Shown: piece after piece, positions 1 through 8,275 of the stretch
Position numbering within the stretch: the stretch's first letter is position 1
Layout: each line of letters starts with the position of its first letter
Origin: an uncultured Candidatus Saccharibacteria bacterium
Lineage (GTDB): Bacteria > Patescibacteriota > Doudnabacteria > UBA920
Length of the DNA stretch: 64,000 nt
Reading direction: 5' to 3'
Assembly (NCBI GenBank): GCA_964490395.1
Contig: CAZBAS010000001.1
Coordinates: forward strand, 211,815 to 275,814
Translations under genes and position numbers: made by a program
Notes under the pieces: generated by a model
Databases searched by the model: none
Told to the model about the DNA's origin: nothing
The model's input: the letters and a program-made list of their open reading frames with translations, nothing else

Positions 1-324
1 ACTGTTCTTCTTGTACTTCGGTTCCGCCGAAATCTGTCACAAACTGACGGATTTGGGACGCAACACCAGGTACCTGGTCGTCGCTCACTTGGGCGGCCAG
101 GATGTAACACAGCTCGTATCGTGGCATGAAAGGTGTCCTTCCATTTCTACTGTTCTTGCTTTTGATGGCTTTTGGCGCACCAGCCGCTCACACTAGAAAA
201 TCGAGTTAAATTGTAAATCTTCGCCAGAATTTGCCTTATTTCTGGCAAGTTGTTGTAATTTTACCATAGTATTTTGGTTTTGTCACTATTTTTTATTGCT
301 GCTATAGTGTTGTATTTCGCTAAC

Positions 325-349
325 AAAAAATGGCGTTGGCGCCATTTTT
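325..349. terminator. bidirectional intrinsic terminator hairpin (aatggcgttggcgccatt) flanked by A/T runs
   Basis: Perfect palindrome with T-run; sits 6 nt downstream of DUF1003 gene stop. Confidence 0.55.
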
Positions 350-354
350 ACACT

Positions 355-912
355 CTATTTTTCTATTTCATTCCTCAACTGTGTCTCAAGCTTTTCTTCC
401 ATAATGGGCTTAAGCATTTCTTGCAGTTCTGCATCTTTGGAAATATCTATGCCATTCTTCTCCATAAGCATTATTTGCAGCTGAATAAGTTTGGTAATTT
501 CTTTTTCTGCAATCAGGTTTATTTGTAAGTGCATTTCTTCACGTAGATCGTCTATTTTCCCTGCGCGATTTTGGGAGACCAAGACTATAATTGCGAGAAT
601 AATTGCTTCTAAAGAAACAATAGTAGTAAGCAGACTAAAAGGGAATGGATCGAATGGGCCAACTATGGAAAGTTTACCCGTGTTAATTAAAATCCATACC
701 GCAAAGAATGCTGTGTTAAAAGCAAGGAATGTAAAACTACCAGATATGGTGGTAATGAAATCCGCAACACGCTCGGTGAATGTTCTTTCTGCGTTCGCTT
801 TTGCCTTGAGTGTTGTAAGTAATTTCTTTTCGCGAAGGTCCGTGGTAAATAGCTGTAGCCACGTGTGGGGGAGTAGTTTCTCCGGGAAGGAGAGTTTTGG
901 AATTAAGCTCAT
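355..912 (-). CDS. DUF1003 family membrane protein
   Basis: Motif RTFTERVADFITTISGSFTFLAFNTAFFAVWILIN plus two TM helices and charged coiled tail, typical of DUF1003. Confidence 0.55.
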   Translation of the reverse strand: MSLIPKLSFPEKLLPHTWLQLFTTDLREKKLLTTLKAKANAERTFTERVADFITTISGSFTFLAFNTAFFAVWILINTGKLSIVGPFDPFPFSLLTTIVSLEAIILAIIVLVSQNRAGKIDDLREEMHLQINLIAEKEITKLIQLQIMLMEKNGIDISKDAELQEMLKPIMEEKLETQLRNEIEK

Positions 913-996
913 AAAATTATTAGCAAACTATAGGCGCTCTGGTAAGTCTTCTGTGGTTTAATTATCCGGATCATCCCTGTAAGGTGCCGGGACTAA

Positions 997-1284
997 TTAT
1001 TTTGCTGGTTTTGTAGGCGCAACTATTGGTGCGACTAAGGGGGGTACTTGTCGTGTCGCCCGAGTACGAGACGAAAGGATGAGCTGTAAAAGAACCATAC
1101 TACCAACTAGGCACGTTGCGGCTATTGCAATTGCCACGCGAGTGTTCTTAACGGGGGAGGCAATTTGACTTCTGGTGGATGCATCGGCTTCGCTTGGTTG
1201 CACTGCTTCTGGTAACGGCTGCTGAGAATGTTCTGCAAAATTCCTAAAGTCTGGTATTTGATTATTATTTATATTTTGGTCCAT
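997..1284 (-). CDS. hypothetical small membrane-anchored protein
   Basis: 95 aa ORF with single hydrophobic helix (VAIAIAATCLVGSMVLLQLIL); no recognisable domain. Confidence 0.3.
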   Translation of the reverse strand: MDQNINNNQIPDFRNFAEHSQQPLPEAVQPSEADASTRSQIASPVKNTRVAIAIAATCLVGSMVLLQLILSSRTRATRQVPPLVAPIVAPTKPAK

Positions 1285-1340
1285 ACGATGTAATTTATAA
1301 AGCAGCTTCTAGCCTACTGCGCGCGTGTGCGTACTGCCCA

Positions 1341-1874
1341 TTACCATGAACATGCGCTAGGGGAGTATACGGCCCATGCCCAGGGGGAGGCTCCATCTAG
1401 GGTGCAGTCAATGCTACCGCCGTCACGTCTGGGATCGACTAGGCCTCTTTGTGCGAGATATTCCGCTGCAGAATTTTCAGTGGCGTTGTGCACCAAGAAC
1501 TTATAATCGGTGCCATTGGAAGCGTATGTGTAACAACTCGTGGCAGCAGTTTTGTTCATGAGTGGGTCAGATGGGAACTTGGCCATGTAATTGGGAACCA
1601 GTCCTGGAATGACTGCACTTGGTGATAGAGAACCACCGTCGCTGCATTCATTTGCCCAGGTAAGGCCGTTGTTTGGGTAGCTATTGTTGTCTAAATAATA
1701 GAGTTCGAGAGCGGATTGGATTTGGTGAATATCGGCTACACGCTTCGCGTTCCTGGCTTTTTTTCTTGCAGAATTAAGTGAGACCAATACTACACTTGAG
1801 AGCAATCCAATAATCGCCACCACTACCAGTAGCTCTATTAATGTGAACCCTTCTGAGTCCCGAGTTTGTCGCAT
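1341..1874 (-). CDS. type IV pilin-like protein (prepilin N-terminal cleavage/methylation domain)
   Basis: Leader MRQTRDSEG / FTLIELLVVVAIIGLLSSVVLVSL is the canonical prepilin class III signal; start probably the internal Met at 1874. Confidence 0.7.
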   Translation of the reverse strand: MRQTRDSEGFTLIELLVVVAIIGLLSSVVLVSLNSARKKARNAKRVADIHQIQSALELYYLDNNSYPNNGLTWANECSDGGSLSPSAVIPGLVPNYMAKFPSDPLMNKTAATSCYTYASNGTDYKFLVHNATENSAAEYLAQRGLVDPRRDGGSIDCTLDGASPWAWAVYSPSACSW

Positions 1875-2023
1875 ACATATATTGTACATGAAAAAATAAG
1901 TAGAGTGAGCGTACTCCCAGTGTATATATGCAAGATTATACGATATGCTCAGGGATATGAACTACCCATAATAAAAAAGCGTAGCACTAGTGTAGAGTCT
2001 AGTGCTACGCGCTGCAATTAGTT

Positions 2024-3133
2024 TTATGGCGCGAATCTAAAATGTACTACATCGCCGTCTTGGACAATGTACTCTTTTCCTTCTACGCGAAGCCAGCCTT
2101 TTTCTTTGGCACCTACGTAGCCATTTGCTTCAAGGAGTTTATCCCACTGAATAACTTCTGCGCGAATGAATCCTTTTTCAAAGTCAGTGTGAATCTTTCC
2201 TGCTGCTTGTGGTGCTTTGCTTCCCGCTGTACAGGTCCATGCTTTGCTTTCTTTTGGTCCTGCAGTAATGAAGGTTATAAGTCCGAGTGTTTTATACGCC
2301 GCGTGAATAATTTTATCCAGCCCGCTTTCCGGTAGTCCAAGCTCTTTTAAGTATTCGCCGCGCTCTTCATCGGACAACTCAGATAGCTCAGATTCGAGTT
2401 GGGCATCTATGGGTATGGCATCAGAAATTGAAAATTGCCCCCCCGAGGCGGGTCCGCCTTGGGCGGAGATATTGGAAATTCCAAACTGTTTTTTATCCAT
2501 ATCGTACGAGCTGTTCGCAATGTACATGAATGGCTTTAGAGTAAGCAGCTGTATATCCTTACTATTCGCTTTTTCTTCATCACTTAACTCTACGGTGTTG
2601 GCCATGTGTCCTGCTTCAAGCGCTGCTTTGTATTTTTCTAGAACAGCCTTTTTTATTACAAACTCGCGGTCACCACTTTTTGCTTGTTTGGCTACCGACT
2701 CTATGCGTTTGTCCACGGTTTGCAAGTCTGCCAGTTGGAGTTCAATGGCAATGGTTTCCATGTCACGCACCGGGTCTACATTTCCATTAACGTGAATAAT
2801 GTCATCGTTTTTAAACACGCGCACCACTTCCATAATGGCGTCGACTTCTCGAATGTGCGAAAGGAACTGGTTGCCTAGGCCCTCACCTTTGTGTGCACCA
2901 GAAACCAAACCCGCAATGTCTACAAATTCTATAGTAGTTGGAACTACCTTTTCGCTGTGTTCTAGCTGGGCTAGTTTTTCTAACCGCTCATCGGGTACGG
3001 CAACAACGCCCACGTTTGGGTCTATGGTGGCAAAGGGGTAGTTCGCTGCCTCTACTTTGCTTTTGGTAATAGCGTTAAACAGGGTGGATTTACCTACATT
3101 TGGGAGGCCAACAATTCCAATTTGAAAAGACAT
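2024..3133 (-). CDS. ychF: ribosome-binding ATPase YchF (Obg-family GTPase)
   Basis: MSFQIGIVGLPNVGKSTLFNAIT P-loop, DxxG, NxxD motifs, C-terminal TGS domain (YIVQDGDVVHFRF). Confidence 0.9.
   Translation of the reverse strand: MSFQIGIVGLPNVGKSTLFNAITKSKVEAANYPFATIDPNVGVVAVPDERLEKLAQLEHSEKVVPTTIEFVDIAGLVSGAHKGEGLGNQFLSHIREVDAIMEVVRVFKNDDIIHVNGNVDPVRDMETIAIELQLADLQTVDKRIESVAKQAKSGDREFVIKKAVLEKYKAALEAGHMANTVELSDEEKANSKDIQLLTLKPFMYIANSSYDMDKKQFGISNISAQGGPASGGQFSISDAIPIDAQLESELSELSDEERGEYLKELGLPESGLDKIIHAAYKTLGLITFITAGPKESKAWTCTAGSKAPQAAGKIHTDFEKGFIRAEVIQWDKLLEANGYVGAKEKGWLRVEGKEYIVQDGDVVHFRFAP
2424..2482. repeat. GC-hairpin composite repeat, copy 1 (inside ychF reading frame)
   Basis: gaaattgaaaattg-CCCCCCGAGGCGGGTCCGCCTTGGGCGGAG-atattggaaattcc; near-identical core at 49765-49795 and related core at 3164-3193. 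Confidence 0.7.
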
Positions 3134-3139
3134 ATATAG

Positions 3140-3208
3140 TAAGAAATTTCTAATATCTAATTTCCCCGCCCACGGCGTGTCCGCCTGGGGCGGATAATAT
3201 CTAATGTA
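3140..3208. repeat. GC-hairpin composite repeat, copy 2 (ychF/pmm divergent intergenic)
   Basis: aaatttctaatatctaatttcc-CCGCCCACGGCGTGTCCGCCTGGGGCGG-ataatatctaatgtaag. Confidence 0.6.
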
Positions 3209-3292
3209 AGAAAGATATGAGAAAGCTTTCCATATTGTAGCGGAGTCAGGGGGTTCTGGCTACCTCTAAGGGGGTGGTGTAGAATAGAGTAT

Positions 3293-4681
3293 ATGACAAC
3301 ACTCAACAAATACATGTTTCGTGAATATGATGTGCGCGGACATGAAACAGATGATGAACTCAACGTTGACTCGGTCACCCTCATTGCTAAGGCCTATGGT
3401 ACCTTCCTGCAGGGCAGGGGAATAACAAATGCGGTCGTGGGTCACGATAATAGACAGATGTCGGAGGTATTTTACCGTACAGCAATTACTGCGCTACAAA
3501 GCACCGGTATACATGTTATTGGCATAGGTATGTCGCTAACACCGCAAATGTACTGGGCGCAGTATTACTTTAAAACCGAGGGCGGTCTCGCAATTACAGC
3601 AAGTCATAACCCCGTTGGTTGGAATGGCATGAAGATGGCGCTTGGTTATTCTGCCACATTAGACCAAGAACAGATTGCTGGCCTCTACACCATTGCTGAG
3701 TCTGGTCAATTCGCGAGCGGGGAAGGAAGTTTCAGAGAAGAAAATATAATTGAAGCGTGGATGAAGGATTTACTCAGCCGCGTTACATTGCACAGGCCGC
3801 TTAAAATACTTCTCAACACTGCAAATGCTACTTCAAGTTTTTTTTCGCCCGAACTATTTCGTCGGTTTGGGTGCGAAGTTGTGGAGTACAATACAAACCC
3901 AGATCCGAGTTACCCGCACTATCCACCGAACCCTGCTAACATAGACATGATTACTGACACAGGCAAAAAGACTCACGAAGTTGGCGCGGACGTAGGGATA
4001 GGTATAGATGCCGATGGCGACAGGCTTGGTGTAACCGATGAGCAGGGGAGTGTAATTTGGCCAGATAGGTACATGATTTTACTCTCGCGCTTAGTGCTGA
4101 AGGATCATCCTGGTGCGAATATAGTGTTTGACGTAAAGGTTTCTGAAAGTTTGCCAGAGGATATAGCGGCGCATGGGGGAGTGCCAGTTATGTGTACTAC
4201 AGGCAACCCGTACATAAAACGCAAGATAAAAGAAATAGGCGCACCATTTGGAGGAGAGCAGTCCGGGCATATATTTTTTACCGATAATTTTTACGGCTTT
4301 GACGATGGCAACTTTGCGGGGTTGAAATTGCTCGAATATATTTCTAGTCTCTCGGAGCCTTTGTCTAGAATTATGGAGAGTACCCCATACTATATTTCTA
4401 CCCATGCTATGTATGCCATGGCAACCGATGCGCGCAAGTATGAAATAGTGGAAGAAATAACTAAACAGTTTAAGAGCGAAGGATATAGAGTTATAGATAT
4501 AAATGGTGGTCGCGTCTATATGCACACAGGGTGGGGCCTTATTCGTGCTACTTCTAATTTGCCCGCTGTTGAGGTACGTTTTGAAGCGAAGACGCAAGAG
4601 GATCTGGAGAAAATAAAATCCGCATTTAAAGAGAAGCTTGCTCAGTTTCCAGAAGTTTCCTCAGAGTGGGGATCGGCGTAG
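3293..4681 (+). CDS. phosphomannomutase/phosphoglucomutase (alpha-D-phosphohexomutase family)
   Basis: TASHNPVGWNGMKM active-site serine loop, GIGIDADGDR metal loop, GGEQSGHIFF sugar-binding loop. Confidence 0.85.
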   Translation: MTTLNKYMFREYDVRGHETDDELNVDSVTLIAKAYGTFLQGRGITNAVVGHDNRQMSEVFYRTAITALQSTGIHVIGIGMSLTPQMYWAQYYFKTEGGLAITASHNPVGWNGMKMALGYSATLDQEQIAGLYTIAESGQFASGEGSFREENIIEAWMKDLLSRVTLHRPLKILLNTANATSSFFSPELFRRFGCEVVEYNTNPDPSYPHYPPNPANIDMITDTGKKTHEVGADVGIGIDADGDRLGVTDEQGSVIWPDRYMILLSRLVLKDHPGANIVFDVKVSESLPEDIAAHGGVPVMCTTGNPYIKRKIKEIGAPFGGEQSGHIFFTDNFYGFDDGNFAGLKLLEYISSLSEPLSRIMESTPYYISTHAMYAMATDARKYEIVEEITKQFKSEGYRVIDINGGRVYMHTGWGLIRATSNLPAVEVRFEAKTQEDLEKIKSAFKEKLAQFPEVSSEWGSA

Positions 4682-4694
4682 TGTGCGAAGCGCA

Positions 4695-4806
4695 GAATTA
4701 TGAATTAAGAATTATAGAATTAGGAATAACGATTCACACTACCCCTTTCCCTATGGAAAGGGGTAGTTATTTCTTAGTTCATAATTCTATAATTCTTAAT
4801 TCATAC
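4695..4806. repeat. AT-rich palindromic element (GAATTATGAATTAAGAATTATAGAATTAGG ... inverted copy) enclosing a terminator-like hairpin
   Basis: Arms 4695-4731 and 4768-4806 are reverse complements; central hairpin acccctttccctatggaaaggggt; family members at 14108-14210, 14441-14472, 30637-30690, 50921-51030, 51262-51374, 62736-62826. Confidence 0.6.
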
Positions 4807-4822
4807 TTTTTTGCTTGCAAAA

Positions 4823-4852
4823 AGCTGAAGGCTGTGCTATAATATATTTAAC
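4823..4852 (+). promoter_or_regulatory. sigma70-like promoter (TTGCAA-17-TATAAT)
   Basis: ttgcaaaaagctgaaggctgtgctataat upstream of the first FN3 secreted protein gene. Confidence 0.4.
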
Positions 4853-5013
4853 GTTTTCAAATTCCGCACTGCGGAGAGAAACAAAAATAAAATTTACATC
4901 ATTTTTTCAGGTAATCTTGGTACAGTTGTGTAAAAAGCAGCTCAGATTTCAAGATTATTTAGTAAAATCACTCGCCTCTAGTATAAAAAGAGACTTGTGG
5001 CGCACATAATTAT

Positions 5014-5952
5014 ATGAAAACTCGAACCATGCAAAAGGGATGGCAGGCCTCTATGAAACGTTCTCTAAGTTTTCTTGGCGTTCTGGTAGCCGCCGCTGGG
5101 TTGGTGGGGCCAAGTTTGGTACTTGCCCAGCCTGCAATATCTAGCGTGCAAGCTTCACAGATAACAGCGTCCAGCGCCGTTATCTCGTGGCAGACAGACG
5201 TTGCTTCTGACTCTTATGTTTCCTATGTAGGCGCAGACGACACAGATGCTCAGCTTGCAACAAATGACACCTTGGTTACGAGTCATAGCGTAACCCTCAC
5301 AGGACTCAAGGCAAATACCGTGTATTCGTTTGCAGTTAACTCTGCTGACGCGCAAGGGGATAACGCAGCGCTAAACGGCACTGACTTTACTACACTTGGT
5401 GTTGGAGGCGGTACGCCACCACCTACCCCTACCCCGGTTCCAGTTCCAACTCCTACCCCAACTCCTGTGCCTCCTGCAAACCCAGGACAGGGTACGGGCC
5501 TTACGGTACCAACTGGTCTCCAGTATCAGCCCCCAGTAGTAGTTACTCCGGTCTACCCAACGGCCACTCTAGCCAGAGAAAATGGTACCATCTATTTTAT
5601 AATGGGTAAGGATGGGGTAAAAGTACCTTTTACCACTATGGGTGCATTTACTGGGCTCGGCTATAAGCTAAGCAATGTGCGAGATTTAGACCTATCATCT
5701 TTTCGTTTGCCAGTTACGTATTTCATAGAAAATAGCGTGCAACAGCACCCTTGGGGTTCTATTGTTGAAAAGAATGGCACGCTTTACTACAGCCACATAT
5801 CTGGAATGATTCCTATTCCTTCTATGAATGTGTTTAACGCCAATGGTTTTACATCGGCCATGATAGTGCGCATGAATAGCGCCGATGAAGAAGTGCTTCA
5901 AAACTATCCTGTCGCATATCCGCTTGAATCGAACGACGATCGCATTATGTAA
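5014..5952 (+). CDS. secreted protein: signal peptide, fibronectin type III-like domain, Pro/Thr-rich linker, conserved C-terminal domain of unknown function
   Basis: Signal peptide MKRSLSFLGVLVAAAGLVGPSLVLAQP; FN3-like segment ISSVQASQITASSAVISWQT...YSFAVNSADAQG; linker GTPPPTPTPVPVPTPTPTPVPP; probable start at internal Met near 5053. Confidence 0.55.
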   Translation: MKTRTMQKGWQASMKRSLSFLGVLVAAAGLVGPSLVLAQPAISSVQASQITASSAVISWQTDVASDSYVSYVGADDTDAQLATNDTLVTSHSVTLTGLKANTVYSFAVNSADAQGDNAALNGTDFTTLGVGGGTPPPTPTPVPVPTPTPTPVPPANPGQGTGLTVPTGLQYQPPVVVTPVYPTATLARENGTIYFIMGKDGVKVPFTTMGAFTGLGYKLSNVRDLDLSSFRLPVTYFIENSVQQHPWGSIVEKNGTLYYSHISGMIPIPSMNVFNANGFTSAMIVRMNSADEEVLQNYPVAYPLESNDDRIM

Positions 5953-5963
5953 GACATGAAAGT

Positions 5964-6752
5964 GTGAGGGTTATGAAGTACGCTCGTATAATATACATCG
6001 CGGCATTTGCCTGTTTGTGCGTGGCCAGTATGCCAGCGCGCACGGCGCATGCCGCTATTTCTATCTCAAATGTAACAGTGCGGCCTGTAAGTAATACAAG
6101 CGTTACTATTACCTGGGATAGCAGCAAGGCAGGGGACTCCTGGGTGGGGTATACTGCTGCAGGCTCAACAAACCAGCAGTCTAAAGTGACTGTACTTTCG
6201 GTGCAGGCGCATAGCGTAACGCTCACAGACCTGCAGCCCGGCACTGAGTATACCTACGAAGTAAATACCCAAACCCCCCAAGGTGACATAGGCTTTATAG
6301 CCGGGCTCAAATTTACCACAACGGGGCAAACTGGTACTTTGCCTCTTAGTGCCCCGTGCGGTACTCTGGCAAAGTCTGGGTCAGGTATATTTTTTCTTAC
6401 GGGTAAAGATAAAGTAAAAATTCCGTTTACATCCATGGCGGCATTTACGGGTTTGGGGTATGATCTAAAAAATGTAAAAACCATGGATGTGTCCAGCTAT
6501 AAATCTTCCGGCAGCTATTACCTAAGCAGCGCTACTCAAGAACACCCATGGTGCAGCTGGATGAAGTGGAAAGATAATACCATTTATTATAGCCATCCCA
6601 GTGGCGCCATCCCCGTGCCAAGCTGGGACGTGTTTATAAACAATGGCGGTCGCGCAGACCTTATAGTTCCCATGAATGCTGCGGATGATGCTGTGTGGGC
6701 CAAGAATCCAAACCTACCAGTACTGCAGTTGAGTGACAGCCGAATACTATAA
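5964..6752 (+). CDS. secreted protein, paralog of 5014-5952 (FN3-like domain plus same C-terminal domain, no PT linker)
   Basis: Signal peptide; ISNVTVRPVSNTSVTITWDS FN3-like; C-terminal block GKDKVKIPFTSMAAFTGLGYDLKNV...HPW...YYSHPSGAIPVPS aligns to first paralog. Confidence 0.55.
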   Translation: MRVMKYARIIYIAAFACLCVASMPARTAHAAISISNVTVRPVSNTSVTITWDSSKAGDSWVGYTAAGSTNQQSKVTVLSVQAHSVTLTDLQPGTEYTYEVNTQTPQGDIGFIAGLKFTTTGQTGTLPLSAPCGTLAKSGSGIFFLTGKDKVKIPFTSMAAFTGLGYDLKNVKTMDVSSYKSSGSYYLSSATQEHPWCSWMKWKDNTIYYSHPSGAIPVPSWDVFINNGGRADLIVPMNAADDAVWAKNPNLPVLQLSDSRIL

Positions 6753-6753
6753 C

Positions 6754-6786
6754 CAAAAAAACCGCCACCCGGCGGTTTGTTTATCC
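6754..6786 (+). terminator. intrinsic terminator
   Basis: aaaaaaaccgccacccggcggtttgtttat: GC stem plus T-run after FN3 paralog 2. Confidence 0.6.
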
Positions 6787-6802
6787 CGTTAGGGATAATC
6801 CT

Positions 6803-6840
6803 GTTCCTCTCCCCAGGCCTGGGGAGAGGCTAGGAGAGAG
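6803..6840. repeat. CTCTCCCCAGGCCTGGGGAGAGG hairpin repeat, copy 1 (3' flank of DUF559 gene)
   Basis: Perfect palindrome cctctccccaggcctggggagagg followed by ctaggagagagg; same core at 48759-48781; variant at 7195-7227. Confidence 0.65.
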
Positions 6841-7192
6841 GTCGAAATGCTTGCTGTTTGATTACTTCTAGTACTCCCGCAATGTTGCTATCTACATCAT
6901 TATTCCAGAAGTGTAATACTGCGTATCCATTCTTTTCTAAGTATGTTTGCTTATCTGCATCTTTCTGTTTCTCTATCATCTCGCTATGTTGGCCACCGTC
7001 TAGTTCTATAATTAGCTTTTTCTCGTTGCAGCAGAAGTCAGCTATGTAAGGCCCGATCGGAACTTGGCGTTTAAACTTGAAACCATAGAAACGATTGCCG
7101 CGTAGGTAGTACCATAGTTTGGTCTCCCAGGGTGTTTGAGCAGTTCGTAGCTTTTTAGCATTTTCTAGATATATATGGTGCTTACTGTACAT
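6830..7192 (-). CDS. DUF559 endonuclease domain protein (Vsr-like PD-(D/E)xK fold)
   Basis: QVPIGPYIADFCCNEKKLIIELDGGQH and YAVLHFWNNDV motifs typical of DUF559; ORF extends to 7234 but the N-terminal 14 codons are read through the hairpin repeat, so the Met at 7192 is the likelier start. Confidence 0.65.
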   Translation of the reverse strand: MYSKHHIYLENAKKLRTAQTPWETKLWYYLRGNRFYGFKFKRQVPIGPYIADFCCNEKKLIIELDGGQHSEMIEKQKDADKQTYLEKNGYAVLHFWNNDVDSNIAGVLEVIKQQAFRPLS

Positions 7193-7194
7193 AC

Positions 7195-7227
7195 ACCTCT
7201 CCCAGCCCTCTCCAGGCAGGAGAGGGG
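7195..7227. repeat. hairpin repeat variant, copy 2 (5' flank of DUF559 gene)
   Basis: cctctcccagccctctccaggcaggagagggg: imperfect palindrome related to 6806-6830. Confidence 0.5.
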
Positions 7228-7236
7228 AATACATAA

Positions 7237-7259
7237 GACCGGCCTTTGTGGCCGGTCTT
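7237..7259. terminator. hairpin downstream of trpS (agaccggcctttgtggccggtct)
   Basis: 9 bp GC stem; weak T-run, so may be a processing or terminator stem. Confidence 0.35.
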
Positions 7260-7264
7260 AAAGA

Positions 7265-8275
7265 CTAGAAATATCCTATCTTCATGGCAGTGCGGACTTC
7301 ATGCATAGTTTTCTCGGCTTCGGCACGTGCTTTCTTTGTGCCTTCCGCGAGAATGTGTACGACTTCTTCGGGTTTTGCTGCCCACTCTTCTCTTCGTTGT
7401 CGAATAGGGGTGAGTATGGTTTCGAGTGTTTCAAATAACTTATTTTTTACCGCAACGTCGCCAAGTCCGCCCTTCGTGTATGCGGCTTTAAGTTCAGCAA
7501 CTTCTGTCTTGTCTGCATGGAACATGTCCAAATAACTAAACACTACGTTGCCTTCTACTTTGCCTGGGTCTTCAACACGTACATGTCCAGGATCTGTATA
7601 CGCAGACATTACTTTCTGTTTTACTACCTCTGTTGGGTCACTGAGGAAAATAGCATTGCCTAGTGACTTGCTCATCTTTGCTGTGCCATCAAGTCCTGGT
7701 AAGCGACTCTCTAGAGGATTCTGCGGAATGAGGTGCTCTACCGTTTTAAATACTGGTCCGTAGTACGAATTAAATTTGTGAGCTATTTCATTTGTTTGTT
7801 CTATCATAGGCGCTTGATCTGCACCTACGGGCACTAGGTCTGCTTTACAGAATAATATATCTGCAGCTTGACTCACCGGATAGCAGAGGAATCCTGCTGG
7901 TATATCCCGTTCGTATCCTTTTTGTTGTATTTCGGCTTTTACTGTTGGGTTCCGTTCTAGGCGTGCAACAGTAACTAAATTCAAAAAGAATATAGTGAGC
8001 TCGGCTATTTCCGGTACGAGAGATTGTATAAATATAGTAGTCTTTTCTGGGTCTATGCCAACAGCTAAATAGTCCAGGGCGACTTCAAAAATATTGTCGC
8101 GAACTTTTTGAGGGTTGTCGGCATTATCGGTCAGAGCTTGTACGTCGGCAAGCATTACAAACTGATTGTATTCATCTTGCAGCTTTACCCGGTTGCGGAG
8201 CGAGCCAACATAGTGGCCAAGGTGTAATTTACCGGTAGGTCTGTCCCCGGTGAGAATTCTCTTTTTTTCTTCCAT
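7265..8275 (-). CDS. trpS: tryptophanyl-tRNA synthetase
   Basis: [16 protein letters not shown] (HIGH), KMSKSLGN (KMSKS), class Ic aaRS length. Confidence 0.9.
   Translation of the reverse strand: MEEKKRILTGDRPTGKLHLGHYVGSLRNRVKLQDEYNQFVMLADVQALTDNADNPQKVRDNIFEVALDYLAVGIDPEKTTIFIQSLVPEIAELTIFFLNLVTVARLERNPTVKAEIQQKGYERDIPAGFLCYPVSQAADILFCKADLVPVGADQAPMIEQTNEIAHKFNSYYGPVFKTVEHLIPQNPLESRLPGLDGTAKMSKSLGNAIFLSDPTEVVKQKVMSAYTDPGHVRVEDPGKVEGNVVFSYLDMFHADKTEVAELKAAYTKGGLGDVAVKNKLFETLETILTPIRQRREEWAAKPEEVVHILAEGTKKARAEAEKTMHEVRTAMKIGYF

Noticed and set aside
11-196. 61 aa plus-strand ORF at the window edge
   Set aside because: There is no start context or recognisable motif, and it may be the 3' end of a gene starting outside the window. 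The evidence is insufficient to call it.
5401-5470. Short-period repeat (cctacccc / actcctacc) that looks superficially like a repeat array
   Set aside because: It is the Pro/Thr linker of the first FN3 protein, translated in frame. It has no spacer/repeat regularity of CRISPR type.
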